From: Podarcis pityusensis
Taxonomy: Eukaryota
Strand: one strand, 5' to 3'
Assembly (NCBI GenBank): GCA_964106645.2
Contig: OZ067052.1
Length of the DNA: 64,000 nt
Notes under the pieces: generated by a model
The model's input: only the letters and a program-made list of their open reading frames with translations
Told to the model about the DNA's origin: nothing
The model's database searches: none
Part shown: one piece after another, positions 34,816 to 48,220 of the stretch
Layout of the letters: every line of letters begins with the position of its first letter
How positions within the stretch are numbered: the first letter of the stretch is position 1
Position numbers and translations under genes: made by a program

Positions 34816-37701
34816 TAAAAATCATAATTTGTTTTGAAGAAATGTGCATTTATCATGAAGGGAAAAACATACACATATACACACTTCTGAACAGGGACGC
34901 TATTAATTTCAGCTCTCCAGAAGGTACTTTGAACACAAGGACCTGCCTAGGGCAACGTTTTGCTTCAGTCAAAAGAGGAGATTAAAAGAACCAGCTCTTC
35001 CCTGTGTAAATTTATCCTGCTCTGGAGGATCGGGAACCAAGGGAAATGCTCAGGGCCTTGTGTTGTATAGATGGAAACAAGGTATGTTGCTGTTGTTGGT
35101 GTGAGTGTGAGGGAGCAAGAGGAGGATGCTGGGGGGGGGGGGACCACACACAAGTACCAATGGCCCGAAAAGTATCTCAACCCACCCCACATTGCTTCCC
35201 TAAGGTTTCTTAAATAAAGGTGTTTTTCATACACAGATTATAACTGACTCACAACCTGAAAGTTAAAATAAGCCTACAACTCTAAGTATATTTTCTTGAG
35301 AGGGGATTCCGTTAAGTCCTGTTGAACTTATTTCAGAGGAAATATGCTTAGGAAAAAATTAAATTAAAAAGTCAAATTACTGTTATTTCTCCTTCCAAAA
35401 TCTAACATGGGCAAACCTCACTACCTAAACTGCACTCTGCTCCCCAGCCACAAATTGTTTCTGGTCACTGGGAGAAAATAGGGGGGCTTTTAATTAAATC
35501 CACAGGTCCTCTAATTCTGCTCCCATTTTAGCCAAATCATTCCCAGCCCCAGTACTCTAAAAACAGATCACTTTATCAGTCGCTTGCCACCCTCTCCAAC
35601 ATCAACATGAACAAGCAAATCACCACAAAGACTCCAATGCCAGCAGTTCCCCACCCCAAAGGAACTGCAGCCCACTCTGCATACTTTATTTTACACTATT
35701 TAGCAGCGGCAAGAGCAACACATTAGCCTGGTTTCGGAGGCTTTGCCATCATTTATTAATGAACAAGCTCACCTGCCATATAAAGGTTGTTCGAGGTCAT
35801 GCAAAACCTGAAACATTTTGTGCAGTACTGCAGCATGCCAATCACACACCCCAGACCCGTGCCTCTCCAGATCATTATAAGGTTTTGCTGACCCTACTAG
35901 GTGAAAATAATTATAGCTTGAAGGTTTCGTGGTTCTGTGCTCTATGCATCCTAGCTAAATTGCCTGTGTTGTGTTTTTTCTAAAAAAAATTCCAGTCCAT
36001 GTTCATTGTACTGTGTGTGTGTTTTGTTATAGTTATAAAAATATAAAACGCTCAGCTAAGAGGGATGAAACAAAAGGTACAAGGTAAGGGCCCCTCACCG
36101 ATTAACCTGCAAGAGAACTTAAAAAGAAAGTGTTCTAAGTGGGTGTTTGAGTGGGTAGAAGGTGTAACCTGAATTTTGGCTCCCTGTGCAGTATGGGCAG
36201 AGGGAGTGGGAGCTGAGGCCCTCCAGCAGAGGTTGGGCATCTGGACAGGTGTGGTTTAAGGCAAAAGCTGCCCAACAAATGACGCATAACCAAGTTCCAC
36301 ATCCTGTAACACCCAAGCATGATTAGGCAAGCCGTTCAACGTTAATTGTCAGAGTGGCCTCTGCCCAGGTGTTACTTGCTTTTGAAAGAGACTTGGAGAT
36401 CTCTGATGTGCACTTATCGGTGAGTAAATTGAGTTTTTACACGTCAGCAACGAAGAGCTCATCATTTTGACAGATAATTTGCTATCCATTTTCAAAACGC
36501 ATTTGAAAAAGGCAACACACTTCGGCTAATTTTTAATTACGCTTCACTAGCACTGGAGTAACACAGAAAGTCCTCGTGGTATTTAGACTGCCCCATTCCC
36601 CACCCCACCCCCAGCCACGAATGGAAGGACTGTAGCCACAAGGAGTTATTTTTATTTGAAATCTGACGCCCTGAGTTTCCTGTAACCATTTACGTCAGTG
36701 ATGACCTTCGAAAGTCAGGGTCAGCAATTGTTATTACTTTTGGCATATCTCCACTAAGAGGCATTAGCTACACATGGTATTGTCAGGGGAAGACTCCTGA
36801 AAACTTAGGAAGGCTGTCAATGCTTTGGGGGAGACAGAGCAGGATATCCATGAAGCAGACACCAATCTATTTCCCCTCTGCATGCACGTGATTTCCCCCA
36901 AATAGATCCAGCTGTGCCGAAACACCAGAACGAGAACATATGTTTTGAGCAGTGCACTTTCCTGAAGCTGCTGCCAAACACGTGTTGATGCTCTTCCACT
37001 GAAAACTGCTAGCATTGCCGCATGCAGAAACAACAGCAACATGTAGCACAGAAATGGGAATAGGTGAGGATCTTTAGCTGGGTAGGGACTGAAACAACCG
37101 CCTTGGAGTTGAACTGCACATGAAAGCTGTTCTCACTACGCCATAAGTGGCACGAGCTGACGTCCTTTACTTGCTTTGCACGTGATGTGGCTGTTGTCAG
37201 TTTAGGGTGAAGACAGACGTAACATTTTTACAAGTGCAACAGAAGCTGACTGCAGACAGAGCCGACCGACTGGCGCCTGCAATGTCACCGACAAACCCTC
37301 CCAAGTGATCCCCAGGGCAGTTTTGCACTTTCAAGAAAGTAATGATTATGATTAAGGAGAAGCACGAGTGGATTACAGAGAAACAGAGACACAGTACTTT
37401 AAGAAATGGAAAGGTAAACACCCTACCTAAAGCACAGGTGTAATATTATGTCTGTCTTCTCTCTCAGGCTGCTTCAGAAATCCTTTAAAAATGCATCCAA
37501 CAAATCTAGCGCATCTATGATATCTCTCACATATGTAGCTCTTTAGCATGTGGAGAGGGCTTCAAATCAGAGTTATCCTTACGACAACTCTTTAAGGGAG
37601 GCAAGCATTATTGCCCTCATTTTCCATGCGCAGCTTACCAAAGGTCTCCTTGTGGTCTCATAGCTGAGCATGGATTTGAACTAGGGGCTTCCCAGTGTAT
37701 A

Positions 37702-38115
37702 CCGTATTTTTCGCCCTATAGGATGCACTTTTTCCCCTCCAAAAATGAAGGGGAAATGTGTGTGCGTCCTATGGGGCGAATGCAGGCTTTCGCTGAAGCC
37801 TGGAGAGCGACAGGGGTCGGTGCGCACCACGGTGCGCAAGCCGTGGGAGAGCTGCACGACTTCGCACAGCTCTCCCACGGCTTGCGGACAGCTGCCTGAA
37901 CCCCGAAGCCTGGGACGTGCTGAGCTCAGCACGCCCCAGGCTTCGGGCTTCGCGCAGCTCTCCCACAGCTTGCGGATAGCAGCCTGTTCTGGGGGCTGTG
38001 GTCGGGGGAAGCTCGGGCTTCCCCCGCCCCAGCCCCGCACCTGGGGGGGAAATAATTTTTTTTCTTTATTTCCCCCCAAAAAAACTAGGTGCGCCCTATG
38101 GGGCGAAAAATACGG
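37702..38115. mobile_element. Tc2/pogo-type MITE inserted at TA within a decayed minus-strand SINE (~37570-38140)
   Basis: TA|CCGTATTTTTCGCCCTATAGG ... CCTATGGGGCGAAAAATACGG|TA. CpG-rich. Confidence 0.93.
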
Positions 38116-38383
38116 TAGTTAATCCTTTCAGCCACAATGATGTAACATTGCACAACTTTACTATCCGAGTAGCTGAACTGCTTCACAACCCCACACTCAT
38201 TCACCCAGAGCACTGCTTCTTTTTAACCACAGCATCTGAGCAAAGGTCACAGATCAAGTTATTTTAACTTCACAGCTTGTCAAAGCAATTAAGCCATTCA
38301 GGAGGTTATGCCTCTATGTGTAAATTGAAACCTGACTGGAATGAGATGGTCTGTGCCAACGCTTACCTGCCTAACTCACTTAC

Positions 38384-38390
38384 CTGAGGT
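38384..38390 (-). other. Candidate 7-nt microexon or recursive splice site in MSI2 intron (alternative donor extends the exon to 38367)
   Basis: Minus strand: ...ctttgccctttgtttcttttgctttctctccatatatttcag|ACCTCAG|gtaagtgagttaggcag|gtaagc. Confidence 0.45.
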
Positions 38391-40090
38391 CTGAAATATA
38401 TGGAGAGAAAGCAAAAGAAACAAAGGGCAAAGTGACCAAGAAGCAAAAGGCGCCTTAGTGGCAGAGACCAAGGGCCACACTGCTCTGTGGACGATCTTCC
38501 ATTGGTGGGCAGGACCAAAGGCAACCGCAAACAGAGCAGTAGATGGGACATTAACTTTCTGCAGTATGTTACATTTCAGCAATGCAAAGGCAGAGGTTTC
38601 TAAACACACACATTTCCCCATTCCCTATCCAGGCAAGCAAGATGCATTATCACAGTTCAATGATGCATTCCAGCTTTGCAAAACCACTCAAAGATGGGTC
38701 AGAGCAAGAGCAGTTTGAAGGTCCAGTATGTAGACTCAAAGCATGTCTACAGCCTACTAACTTATACACTACTGCCCACAGAAGGTATACATCTCAGCTG
38801 GGATCCAAATAACAGCACTAGTTCTGGACACACAAAGGGGTATTCAGATCTGTTTCTCAAACAGCGAGCCCCCAGTGTCACACAGTAAGCTGTCAGAAAG
38901 CTAAGGGGAGCACCTCAGTGTTAAGGGATTGGAGAAAGGTCCAATCATCAATCTTCAAAGATTGACAAGCTGTCCACTTGCTTGGGGCAGGGTGGAGGGA
39001 GAGAAATTGTTCCCTTGACTTCACTTTATAATATTGAAGGAACACAAGATACAATAATTAAGCCCTGATCTCGGTCGATTGTTCACAATGATAATTCCAC
39101 CTTTGTAATGCAAGCTTCAAATAAACCCCCTTTGTTCTGTCTTAGAACGCAGATTCTAGTATCATTCAAGTATATTAACTGGAGCCTATTACTGTCACAT
39201 AGAAATGCTCCCTGAGCCATAGCAAAGAACTCCCCAGACAAAACTTTATGTCATGTTAATCCAAGCTTTAATAACTAGGAGAATATATAACTGTATTCTA
39301 ATTGCGCTTTGTGCTTCTGCATACAAAAACCCCCTCAAAGATATAAAAAATGACATACGCAGCTTTCTTCAAACAGAGCAGTTTAACACCCCAAATTTGG
39401 GTGTTTGGGAGTTTTCTTTTCCCCTTCCTCAAAAGGGCAGTTTAAAACAGACTAGCATTAAAAAGGTGGTTGACAGTTAACGCCAAATAAAAAGGATCAG
39501 GCAGACACTAAGAGGGAAAAGGGGAGGGAAGGGACTGGGCACAGCTGTGATTTTGGCAACAGAAATCAACACCCTCTAAGAGAGCACTTAAACAGGAATC
39601 ATCAGTATTATGGAAATCTTTCATATTTAATTCTAGAGTGCCAGCTATAAAACCTTACAGGATAAAAGGACCATAACAAGACAGACCATTTTGTTAACTT
39701 GATGCTTTGGAAAATAAAGAGCCTGGGCAATTAACATACTGTATTTCCATATGAATGGCACAAGGCCCAGAGAGTGGTAACAAAGGCCTTCTTGGGTCAT
39801 ACTTCCCTTATCCTTAAAATGTGTTGGGATTTAAAATCTCTTTGCTATTGCTATTGATCTCCCTTAAGTCAAGAGTATGGTACACACCTAATTTCCAGTG
39901 GCAGTGTTCCACAGAACTGGGAAGGACTGGGTTTGCAAAGCTTGCTGAGTAACCTGGGACAGTTCTAATCTCTCAAAACTAATGCACATCATAGGGTTGT
40001 AAAGGGAGAGGGGCCTCTGTATGCACCCCAAATGCCTTGTAGGAAGGATGGGGCATATATGAGGGTGAAGGATTCATCTGTTTGAGAACT

Positions 40091-40462
40091 GTTGGCATCC
40101 ATCTGTCTTGAGAGACAATGAAATGCGCCTCCGGGGTGAAGTCAAACCGCTGGAGAATCACAGCGCCTGCTGTGGCTGCAGGGACTGGTAACTCCTAACT
40201 GCTGCCTCCCGTGTTGTTTTTGCTGCATTAGCAGCACCCAAGTGACATCTCCGGGATGCAAGCCTGGGCAGTGTGTATGGAGGTCCTGGGCTGCCCAAAC
40301 AACAATACCACCCTCTCGGCTTTGCTGATGTGGTCCAAAGGAAAGGAAAGCAGTATGTGTGGCACCAGCTTGGCTGCAGGAGTTGCCAGAAGGAGGCATA
40401 CAATACACCATCCAACCATCTTAGGGACTCTACTCCGGATTTGTGTAGGGTTTACTCCTTAG
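40091..40462 (-). mobile_element. Non-autonomous RTE-derived retroposon
   Basis: Reverse complement ends ...cattgtctctcaagacagatggatgccaac (RTE-type 3' end). Colinear with the second copy at 54331-55009. Confidence 0.7.
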
Positions 40463-40851
40463 TTGGGGGTGTGAAAGTAGCAGCCTTATACACAGTCAGA
40501 CCATGTCCTAGTAAAGTTTGAGTTGACAGTGGCAGTACCCCAATGAAGAGATAGGAGAGTGATTTTGATGGTCCTTCCAGAGAGATCTGTGGAATCATAT
40601 GGATACCTGAATGCTCTGGGGATTTTCTGATTGAAATGTTTGGTGCTCCTATGGAGGCTCTAGTTCCACTATGGAATGGTGAGATGGGCAGGAGCGTTGC
40701 CACAATTGCCACCAAGTGTCCTCTCAGGAACTGTGGAGCATGAAGTGCTCCCTTGTTTTCCAGTGAGCTTTGGATGATGAAACAGGCAAGATAGCAGGTA
40801 GAGTGTAGACAGTGACTGTCTAGCAATGAATGTGCTATAGCACATAATTGT

Positions 40852-40869
40852 GCCCACCAGGTGGCGGCA
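40852..40869 (+). promoter_or_regulatory. CTCF core motif
   Basis: GCCCACCAGGTGGCGGCA matches CCASYAGRKGGCRS fully. Confidence 0.55.
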
Positions 40870-40911
40870 GTGAAGAAATACCACTTCTTCTGCACAACTG
40901 GGTCCTCTGGC

Positions 40912-41078
40912 GTAGTTGTAGAGTTGGAAGGAACCCCAAGGGACATCTTGTCCAACCCCTGCAGTGCAGAAACCACAACTAAAGCAAACATGATAAATGG
41001 CCATCCAACCTCTGTTTAAAAACCTCCAATGAAGGAAAGTCCACAACCTTCCAAAATAGCCCATCCTGCTGTTGAACA
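40912..41078 (-). mobile_element. CR1 3' end
   Basis: gtagagttggaagg...gtccaacccctgc...ggccatccaacctctgtttaaaaacctcc, the reverse of the 13997-type element. Confidence 0.85.
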
Positions 41079-41092
41079 TCAGGAAGTTCTAT

Positions 41093-41208
41093 CACAGAAC
41101 TGTAGAGTTGGAAAGGACCACGAGGGTCATCTAGTCCAACCCCCTGCAATGCATAATTCTTTAGCCCAATGCGATTACAAGTCTCACGCTCTGCTGACTG
41201 AGCTATCC
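41093..41208 (-). mobile_element. SINE with internally deleted tRNA-Lys-like head and CR1 tail
   Basis: Reverse complement GGATAGCTCAGTCAGCAGAGCGTGAGACT...TGCATTGCAGGGGGTTGGACTAG. Confidence 0.75.
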
Positions 41209-41727
41209 ACAGTCAATATTTGTTTATATTAAGAGCAGGGTCAGAATGAACAACATGATTTTCTTCCACTCAAAGATAGCTTCCTATGTAACCACGAACT
41301 GAATGGCAATGTGCTCTTTGGCTGTTTCCAAAGCCATCCACTGCGATGAGGTGAAATGCTTTACATATGAACACACTTTTCTATCCTCTCAGCCCCCAAG
41401 CCCGGAAGGCATTCCCAATGCATTAATGCCATTAAGCAAACAGCTAATGAAAATAAATATTTTACATTATTTACTCATTACTGATTTATGCCAGTTAATC
41501 ACAATAAAGGCTTGCTTTGAAATGACATTTAAAATGGTCTCCATATTTTAGCTAAAGAGCGCTGACAACTCAACTAACCCTTCTCATTCTTCCTTGTGAA
41601 ATGCTCTGCAGCAAGGCAAAGTACATGTTAAAGCAACTAAAATTCCTATCAGCATGAAAGACCCATTTCTGCCTCAATGTATGAGCTCAGTGTTCTTTAA
41701 ACCTACAAAGGTAATCTCTGTTTTATA

Positions 41728-41729
<2 letters not shown>

Positions 41730-41765
<36 letters not shown>
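41730..41765. repeat. (CA)n microsatellite
   Basis: Direct read. Confidence 0.98.
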
Positions 41766-41769
<4 letters not shown>

Positions 41770-44245
41770 ATTGAGTCAGTCACTCCAACAAATTGCCCCA
41801 TAAACACTGTTCTTGAGGGACAGTTATAGACACACAATTTATTTATGGATCAATCTCTGGGAGATGTTATTTGTTCAAAACAAAACAACTTGTTAGTTTT
41901 AAAGGGCTTGTGAAAAGCAGACCTGCCGCTTGAAGGGAAGCTTCTCAGCGCTGTTATATCCGATAGAAATGCCCCCAAACTGTTTCCATTTCGGACAGGC
42001 TACCCCTCTACCTAAGCAACCTGTCTTGTTTCATGATAAGAATCAAAAATGCTTTTGATATTCTCAGTGAGGGTTATTCAGAACAATCTGGTGTGGTGAT
42101 TAGAACGTCAATCCCACTCAATCACAACGGCTGCTGGGTAACAATGGACCACTCACCATTTCTCAGTCTAACCTACTTCGTAGGGTGAATAGAAAGTTGT
42201 AATAAAATTGTTAATGTATTTTCTTACCCTCATAAATGCCACCTACCCCCCCCCACAAAGAACACACATCAGGGAGGAACAAATGCAATGTATATACTGT
42301 TTTTTCCTTGTCAAATTAACAAAAATAATGATAACAATAGCAGCAAATGATCACCAGTAATTGAGAAGAAGTTAAGAACCATCTCTGTTCACAGAAGCTT
42401 AAAAATCCATGCTCATGAAGTCAGACAGGTAGGAAGCTTGCCTCTAAAGAAAAGTAAGAATCAACCAGGTGACTGCAGCCCACTTTGAGGAGAATGTGGA
42501 TATAAATAGTAATTACTTCAGGACAGAGATAAATGTTACAAGTGTTTAGCTCATATGCATTTAGCAAAGACAGCTGCCCCAGTCCATACTGAGGAAGAGT
42601 CACACAGAGACAGAACACTACATTCACATTTTGTTTCTGGCTTCCTTGTGTTTTATATAAGATACGCAGACATTATTGAGCTGCAAGCTAAGAAGGGGGG
42701 CGGGCGGCTATAAAGATCAAACACACATGCTCTGAGTGTCAGGAAATTTCAAAAACAGCTCCTTAAACCCTCCAGACTCTAATTACAGAGAATCTTCAGA
42801 ATACTTCCTGCAGTAAATCCAATCATCATAAAATAAGAACACATCTTACTGGGAATAGGTTTTGTTTATTGGCATGAACTAACTGTATACAAATGCAAAT
42901 TTCACCAGATTTGTTTAGACGCACGCGTGTGCAAACTCACACCAGACACAAACAGGAAAAAGCCAGGGAAAGAAAAGGGAGTTTCCTGCACCAGGAAGAC
43001 AAGGAGCCATGTTCTATGACATCAACAGCCAATTAAGACAGAAAGCATGGCCAAATCTGCTGGCCATGAGGTAATGGAAGCATTAAAGAATTACAAATAC
43101 TTGCTTTCTTCATGCTGGTGGGATGTGTGTAAAACGGAGGCTGCAATCAAAGGAACACAGGAATCGGCCTTATACCAGCCAAAATATATCTTCACCTAGT
43201 CAGTACTGCCTAGTAAGTAAATCTGTCCCTTTAGACTTTACTAATGTTGGTACCCATATAAAAAGTGTTATTAGAAGATCACTTCAGAGAAGATGTCTGA
43301 AAACTTACATGGCCTCCAGAATGAACTCTTGACTCCTGTAATCTGAAACCCACCCACATCAAATAACACGTAACTTTGGGACTTTTTTTTCTTTAGACTG
43401 TCATTTCTTTGTGTATGTGCCATACATTAAACTTCAGGAATCTTCATGAGAGTTGCCTATGTGCATGTCTGTTTATACTGCCCCCCACCCCAGTTTTCTT
43501 TTTTGCACTGACCATGCAGAACCCCAGTGCAACTTGGGACTTTAAGCAGCATTTTGGGGATTTGCTGCAAGCATCTACTAAGATGTTTGAATTTAACACT
43601 ATCAATTCCTGAGCAAAACATATATTGGTTGCACACTTCCGATTCTTGCCTTCCATCTTTCCTCTCCGCTTTCCTGTTTTCTGACAACCCACTTTTCTAT
43701 ATGAAAACTGGCAAACCTTCACTGTGCTTCCCATCTCTGTATGATCCACAGTGAGCTCTGGAGTGTCTCTGGAGTGTGCTTCTGCATTCCTTCAAAAGCT
43801 GTGTCGGGGCTTGCAGCTCATAATCCCTCCTCTTGCTTCCTTTGGAAGGAGAGGGGAAGTGCAGGCAGCCTACATCTTTCGGCTGGGATACTAGCACTTC
43901 CTGGCTATTTCAAGTTCCTATTTCAAGCCACCTGGGTTGAAAGAGGTTCCCCAGCCGTCCTCTAGGAGGAGAAGTCTGAGGTCTTTTTTACCACCAAGAA
44001 GTGCAAGGCTGCAGCCCCTGCTTTAAGAGGCTCAGCTGTACATTTTACACCAAGTCTCATGATGTGATTCAGTCTGTTGAACCTCACAGAGAGAGAGAGA
44101 CTTAGAATCACACCCGGGATTTCCCTGTAAGCTGCCTGTTGTGGCGTGGCATGGTGTTATGCCGAACAGTTGATCTTTCAGGGAAGTCTGGTCCATCGAG
44201 ACTATTTTTTCTTGCTCCCTCATTTGAGAGGAAGGGCAGGACAGT

Positions 44246-44290
44246 AAACAAACAAACAAACAAACAAACAAACAAACAAACAAACAAACA
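44246..44290. repeat. (AAAC)n microsatellite, probably seeded by an L2/SINE tail
   Basis: Direct read; preceded by gaggaagggcaggacagt. Confidence 0.95.
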
Positions 44291-47200
44291 TCAACTTCCA
44301 AAGGAATCCCAGATTTCAGCTTGAGAAATTAATGTACTAGTCATTTATGCTTTTGATTTTTAAACTGAAATTTCTGAATAAAATGACCTCCCTTGTGCTG
44401 CCCTTTCATTAAGGGTTGGTAATAAATGCATATTAATTAATTACAGCATAAATCAAAGACATTCACTGTCTTGAGGCTACAAGCCCACATATATCAGGGG
44501 TGAACAACTTGCTCAGAACTGACGTCTGCTTGAGAAACCAGAGGCAGGAGGGTCACACTAAACTTGAATGTTTTAATTGCACATACTTTGCATTTTATAT
44601 GTAGTTTCCACAGAACCCAGCAGATGCAAAACTACTGTTAGCAGATGTCCTGCACTTATTCTTACAATGCTCTGAAATTGTTTCCAACCCAAATGTGAAA
44701 AACATGAACTGAATAATACTGATACAGAGACATCTTCGCTCCTCTCTCAAACACTGTTGTTACGGAAGTTCTTCTATATACCAAACTGAACTATAAGAAA
44801 TAGAATGTTCTTTCCATGGAGTGCATTCAAGAAAAGGGAATTAAAAAAATACTAAGTAAGGAAAATTACTCATCATGGGGTGATGCCTGGATCAATTAAC
44901 AAGGAACATAATGAATCTGCCCTTCTGTTTGCTTAGCTCCTTGATTCCAATTCTTTTAGACTCTTACTGTCATAATGTTGAACCTGTGGCTACATTCATG
45001 AGTATTAAGCATAGTAAAAGAAAAGCTCAACATTTCAGGATTCAAGAACAGAAGAGATCATAGGTGGAAATAAAGAATTCTCTCTCATACATAAATATTC
45101 ACTTACTTCTTTTTTGTATAATATAGATAGTATGGTAAAGGTCCACATTAAGTATTGCACTTCAGTCTTGTGTCCACAACCCCTCCCCAATGTTTGACCC
45201 ATCTTCCCACCCATTTATAACTTGCATCCAAATCTAACTTGCAACACACCCTAAACTTGCAAAGTTAACAGCACTATGGAAACAACTAAAGCAGGAATAA
45301 GACAACAGGGAGAAGAGCCCTAGAACGTGCTGCAATAAACCAAATACAGGGCACACAAAATATAATAAAACAGAGTTCTCCAGAGTACCTAGTAAGATGA
45401 CAGTGTCGAAGTAGGACTGGGAAGACGCGGGTTCAAATTCCCACTGATCCATGTTAGGGATGTAAAAATGTAGGGAAAGAATCATCTGTGCTGTCCTGAG
45501 CTACTTTAGAGAAAGGATAGTATAGGATAAGAAAATAAAATATATAGTATCTTGCTTGTGGAAAACTTAAAGGATCATCTTCTCCCACCTGAATTTCAAC
45601 CTGCCCAAAGTTTAAAATTCATATCAGAGGCACTTCTGTACATCTCTGCCTCCAGGTGAACTCAGGCAGGTGGTAATTGGGAAATGAACTTTATTACACA
45701 GTGATGATGGTCCATTTGAGAAATGCTTCCTGCACCAGTAAAGGAAGCACCAAGCCTTGTATCATTCAAGAGACAAGTTCAAATGTATCTGTCTGACAGG
45801 GCTTTCAATGGATAGAAGAAGTTATACAAAACTTGACATTTTATGTCTCTCATTTTTGACAGATAGCTTACACTTGCCTTTAAGTTTTAGACTGAAGGTA
45901 ATAATTTATTGTTCCTGCACATTTATCTTTCACATTTTCATTGTTGTTGTAAGATACTTTGAATATGATTTTAATACAACAGCAACTAGTAAATGTTTTA
46001 AATAAAAGCATACATAATTATCTTCTCCTTCTAAAAAACCCAAAACCCAAAATAAGAATGCTTGTAGACAATTAATTATGTTTACACAAAGTGCTCAGAA
46101 ATAATAAAGCAATTCATTAACACAATGAGTTAAATTTTAAGGTGACTAATCTCTCTCCTTTTCCTCCCCCTCATTTGGCTTCAGTGAAGAAATACCACTA
46201 TAACACTGCACACACTTAAATATATTTCAAGTCTGAAGCGTGTGATTTTTGGTCCACTTCCAAAATAACGTTAGCTGGTGGTGTGAAACATCTCTTTCAA
46301 TTTTCTGCAGTGGATCTCCCTGGACAACACCAAATAAAGAGGCAATTTATCATTCAGCTGAAGGTTGTGCGTAATGCATTATCTGCCTTCCATGAGGATC
46401 GGCACATTTTGTGCAAGCCCTCTGTTTCTGCAGAATGACCTACAATCCTCCATTTTGAGACACCATGGCAACACCAAATTAACACAAGGAGAGGACTCTT
46501 AGGCAAACGCATTTATTGATTGCTCAAAATCTTGCCATTCATAATTCTATTATCTCCCATGTCCTCTCAACTTCTTTATACGTACAAGAAGGCAGCAATC
46601 AGAGGTCAACCCTGAGGGGAAAGCCCTGTGAGAATATAAAATAAAATATACTAATAAAGTACAGACTGAGGGGGTTGTAGTGTTCACCAAGCATCACTTT
46701 CCACCAGGGCCTCCTTTAAAAACAAAAAAAAAGGCCAATAGATTATGGGGAAATATATTTTATTATTAATTCTATACCGCTTTTCCACTTCCAGAGGGCC
46801 CTCCTAAAAGCTCATAAATGAACTGGTATTAGTGAATGGGTAAATGGCACAAATGGATGAAAGGATTCAAACTCCAGATTTATAGAATCCACCCTTTCCA
46901 GATTCCTTTTGGACTGGAGGTTGACCTCTCAGGAGTTCTGAGATGGTCCAGAAGAGATCTGATCACAGCAATTCCTAGGAGCACTCCCTGTTCTTTCCCT
47001 CCACCACTTCCATAACTTTAGCAAGGCAAGCAGGTGCTGCTTTTCAGGAAGGGCTCCCAGGGATTGCCATGAGGGGATCTCAGGTGCCTCCCAGAAGCTT
47101 AGGAGAGCCAGGGGTGGGGGACGTGTCACTGATTCAAAATGGAACCAGTTAAATATGGTTGATTTTGGATTTCTGCCAGTCATTCTCCAAATTAATCTGC

Positions 47201-47924
47201 TTTAAAAAGAGATCCAAATTGTTCCAAATTGTACCTTGGCGAGGGAGCACTCATCCCTAGTTAGTAGAAATTGCAATTAAAACAACCCAGAGTCTAGTCC
47301 ATCCATTGAGCTATTTGTACTGCCCTTAGACTGCTTGCTCTCACAGATCAATCAAAAATAGGGTATTTTTGTGGAAGAAATATCACCATCTTTGATCTGC
47401 CAATCATCACTTTGAAATCTCCAAAGAAATGTAGCACCAAATGAATGAGAAAAGGAGAGACGGGGGGACGGGAGGGACGGAGGGCGGGAAGCATGAGCTA
47501 AACATACTCTATACATTCAATGATAACTGTGAGTGTGAAATGCATTTCAACAGGCTTCTCCAATACCATCAACTTGCACACCACCATTCAGACTCAATTT
47601 AAAGGATATTTATAAAGACAATACATTGAAAGATTTCTTTTCAGACTTATTTATTTTTGTAGAATGGTTTAGATTACTTTTGTCATATGCTCTTCAGCAA
47701 AACGGATACTCTCCATTCCATATATATTGGAGGCTGCAGATTAGTTTTAGCAATGCCCATGCGTTACAGTTGCTCAAGGGAGAAAAGCAATGACAGCGAT
47801 AGCCTATCAGTGCTCAAATAATAATTTGGTTCAGTGTTTTTTAAAAGAAACTGACTTGGTTCCACTGGACCTGACTTCTCCCCCCCCCCCCCCGCAGTTA
47901 CTCTTATTTAACATCTGTATGGAG

Positions 47925-48103
47925 CATAGCTGTCAACCTTCCCTTTTTTTTGCGGGAAATTCCCTTATTCCAGTGCTGCTTCCCACAGCTATCCTGGATT
48001 GTTAGATATCCCATAGACTGTCCCCAGGACAGGTGAGGCTGCTGATCCCTTATTTTCGAGGCTGCTGATCCTTTATTTTCAAATTTGAAAGTTGACAGCT
48101 ATG
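47925..48103. mobile_element. hAT MITE
   Basis: 13-bp perfect TIR CATAGCTGTCAAC / GTTGACAGCTATG. TSD GTATGGAG / GTACGGAG. Internal 23-bp tandem duplication at 48035-48080. Confidence 0.93.
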
Positions 48104-48220
48104 GTACGGAGTACCATCTGAGGAATGGAACTTACACTTACACGCACACACACACACGCACAGAGGTAACTGGTAACTCCAGTCAAAGGTGAAACACAAA
48201 CACTATCTACCAGATCTACA

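Noticed and set aside
37681-38122. CpG island or internal promoter with overlapping ORFs
   Set aside because: The GC/CpG richness coincides exactly with a TA-flanked MITE. The same applies to 56158-56430 and 6961-7126.
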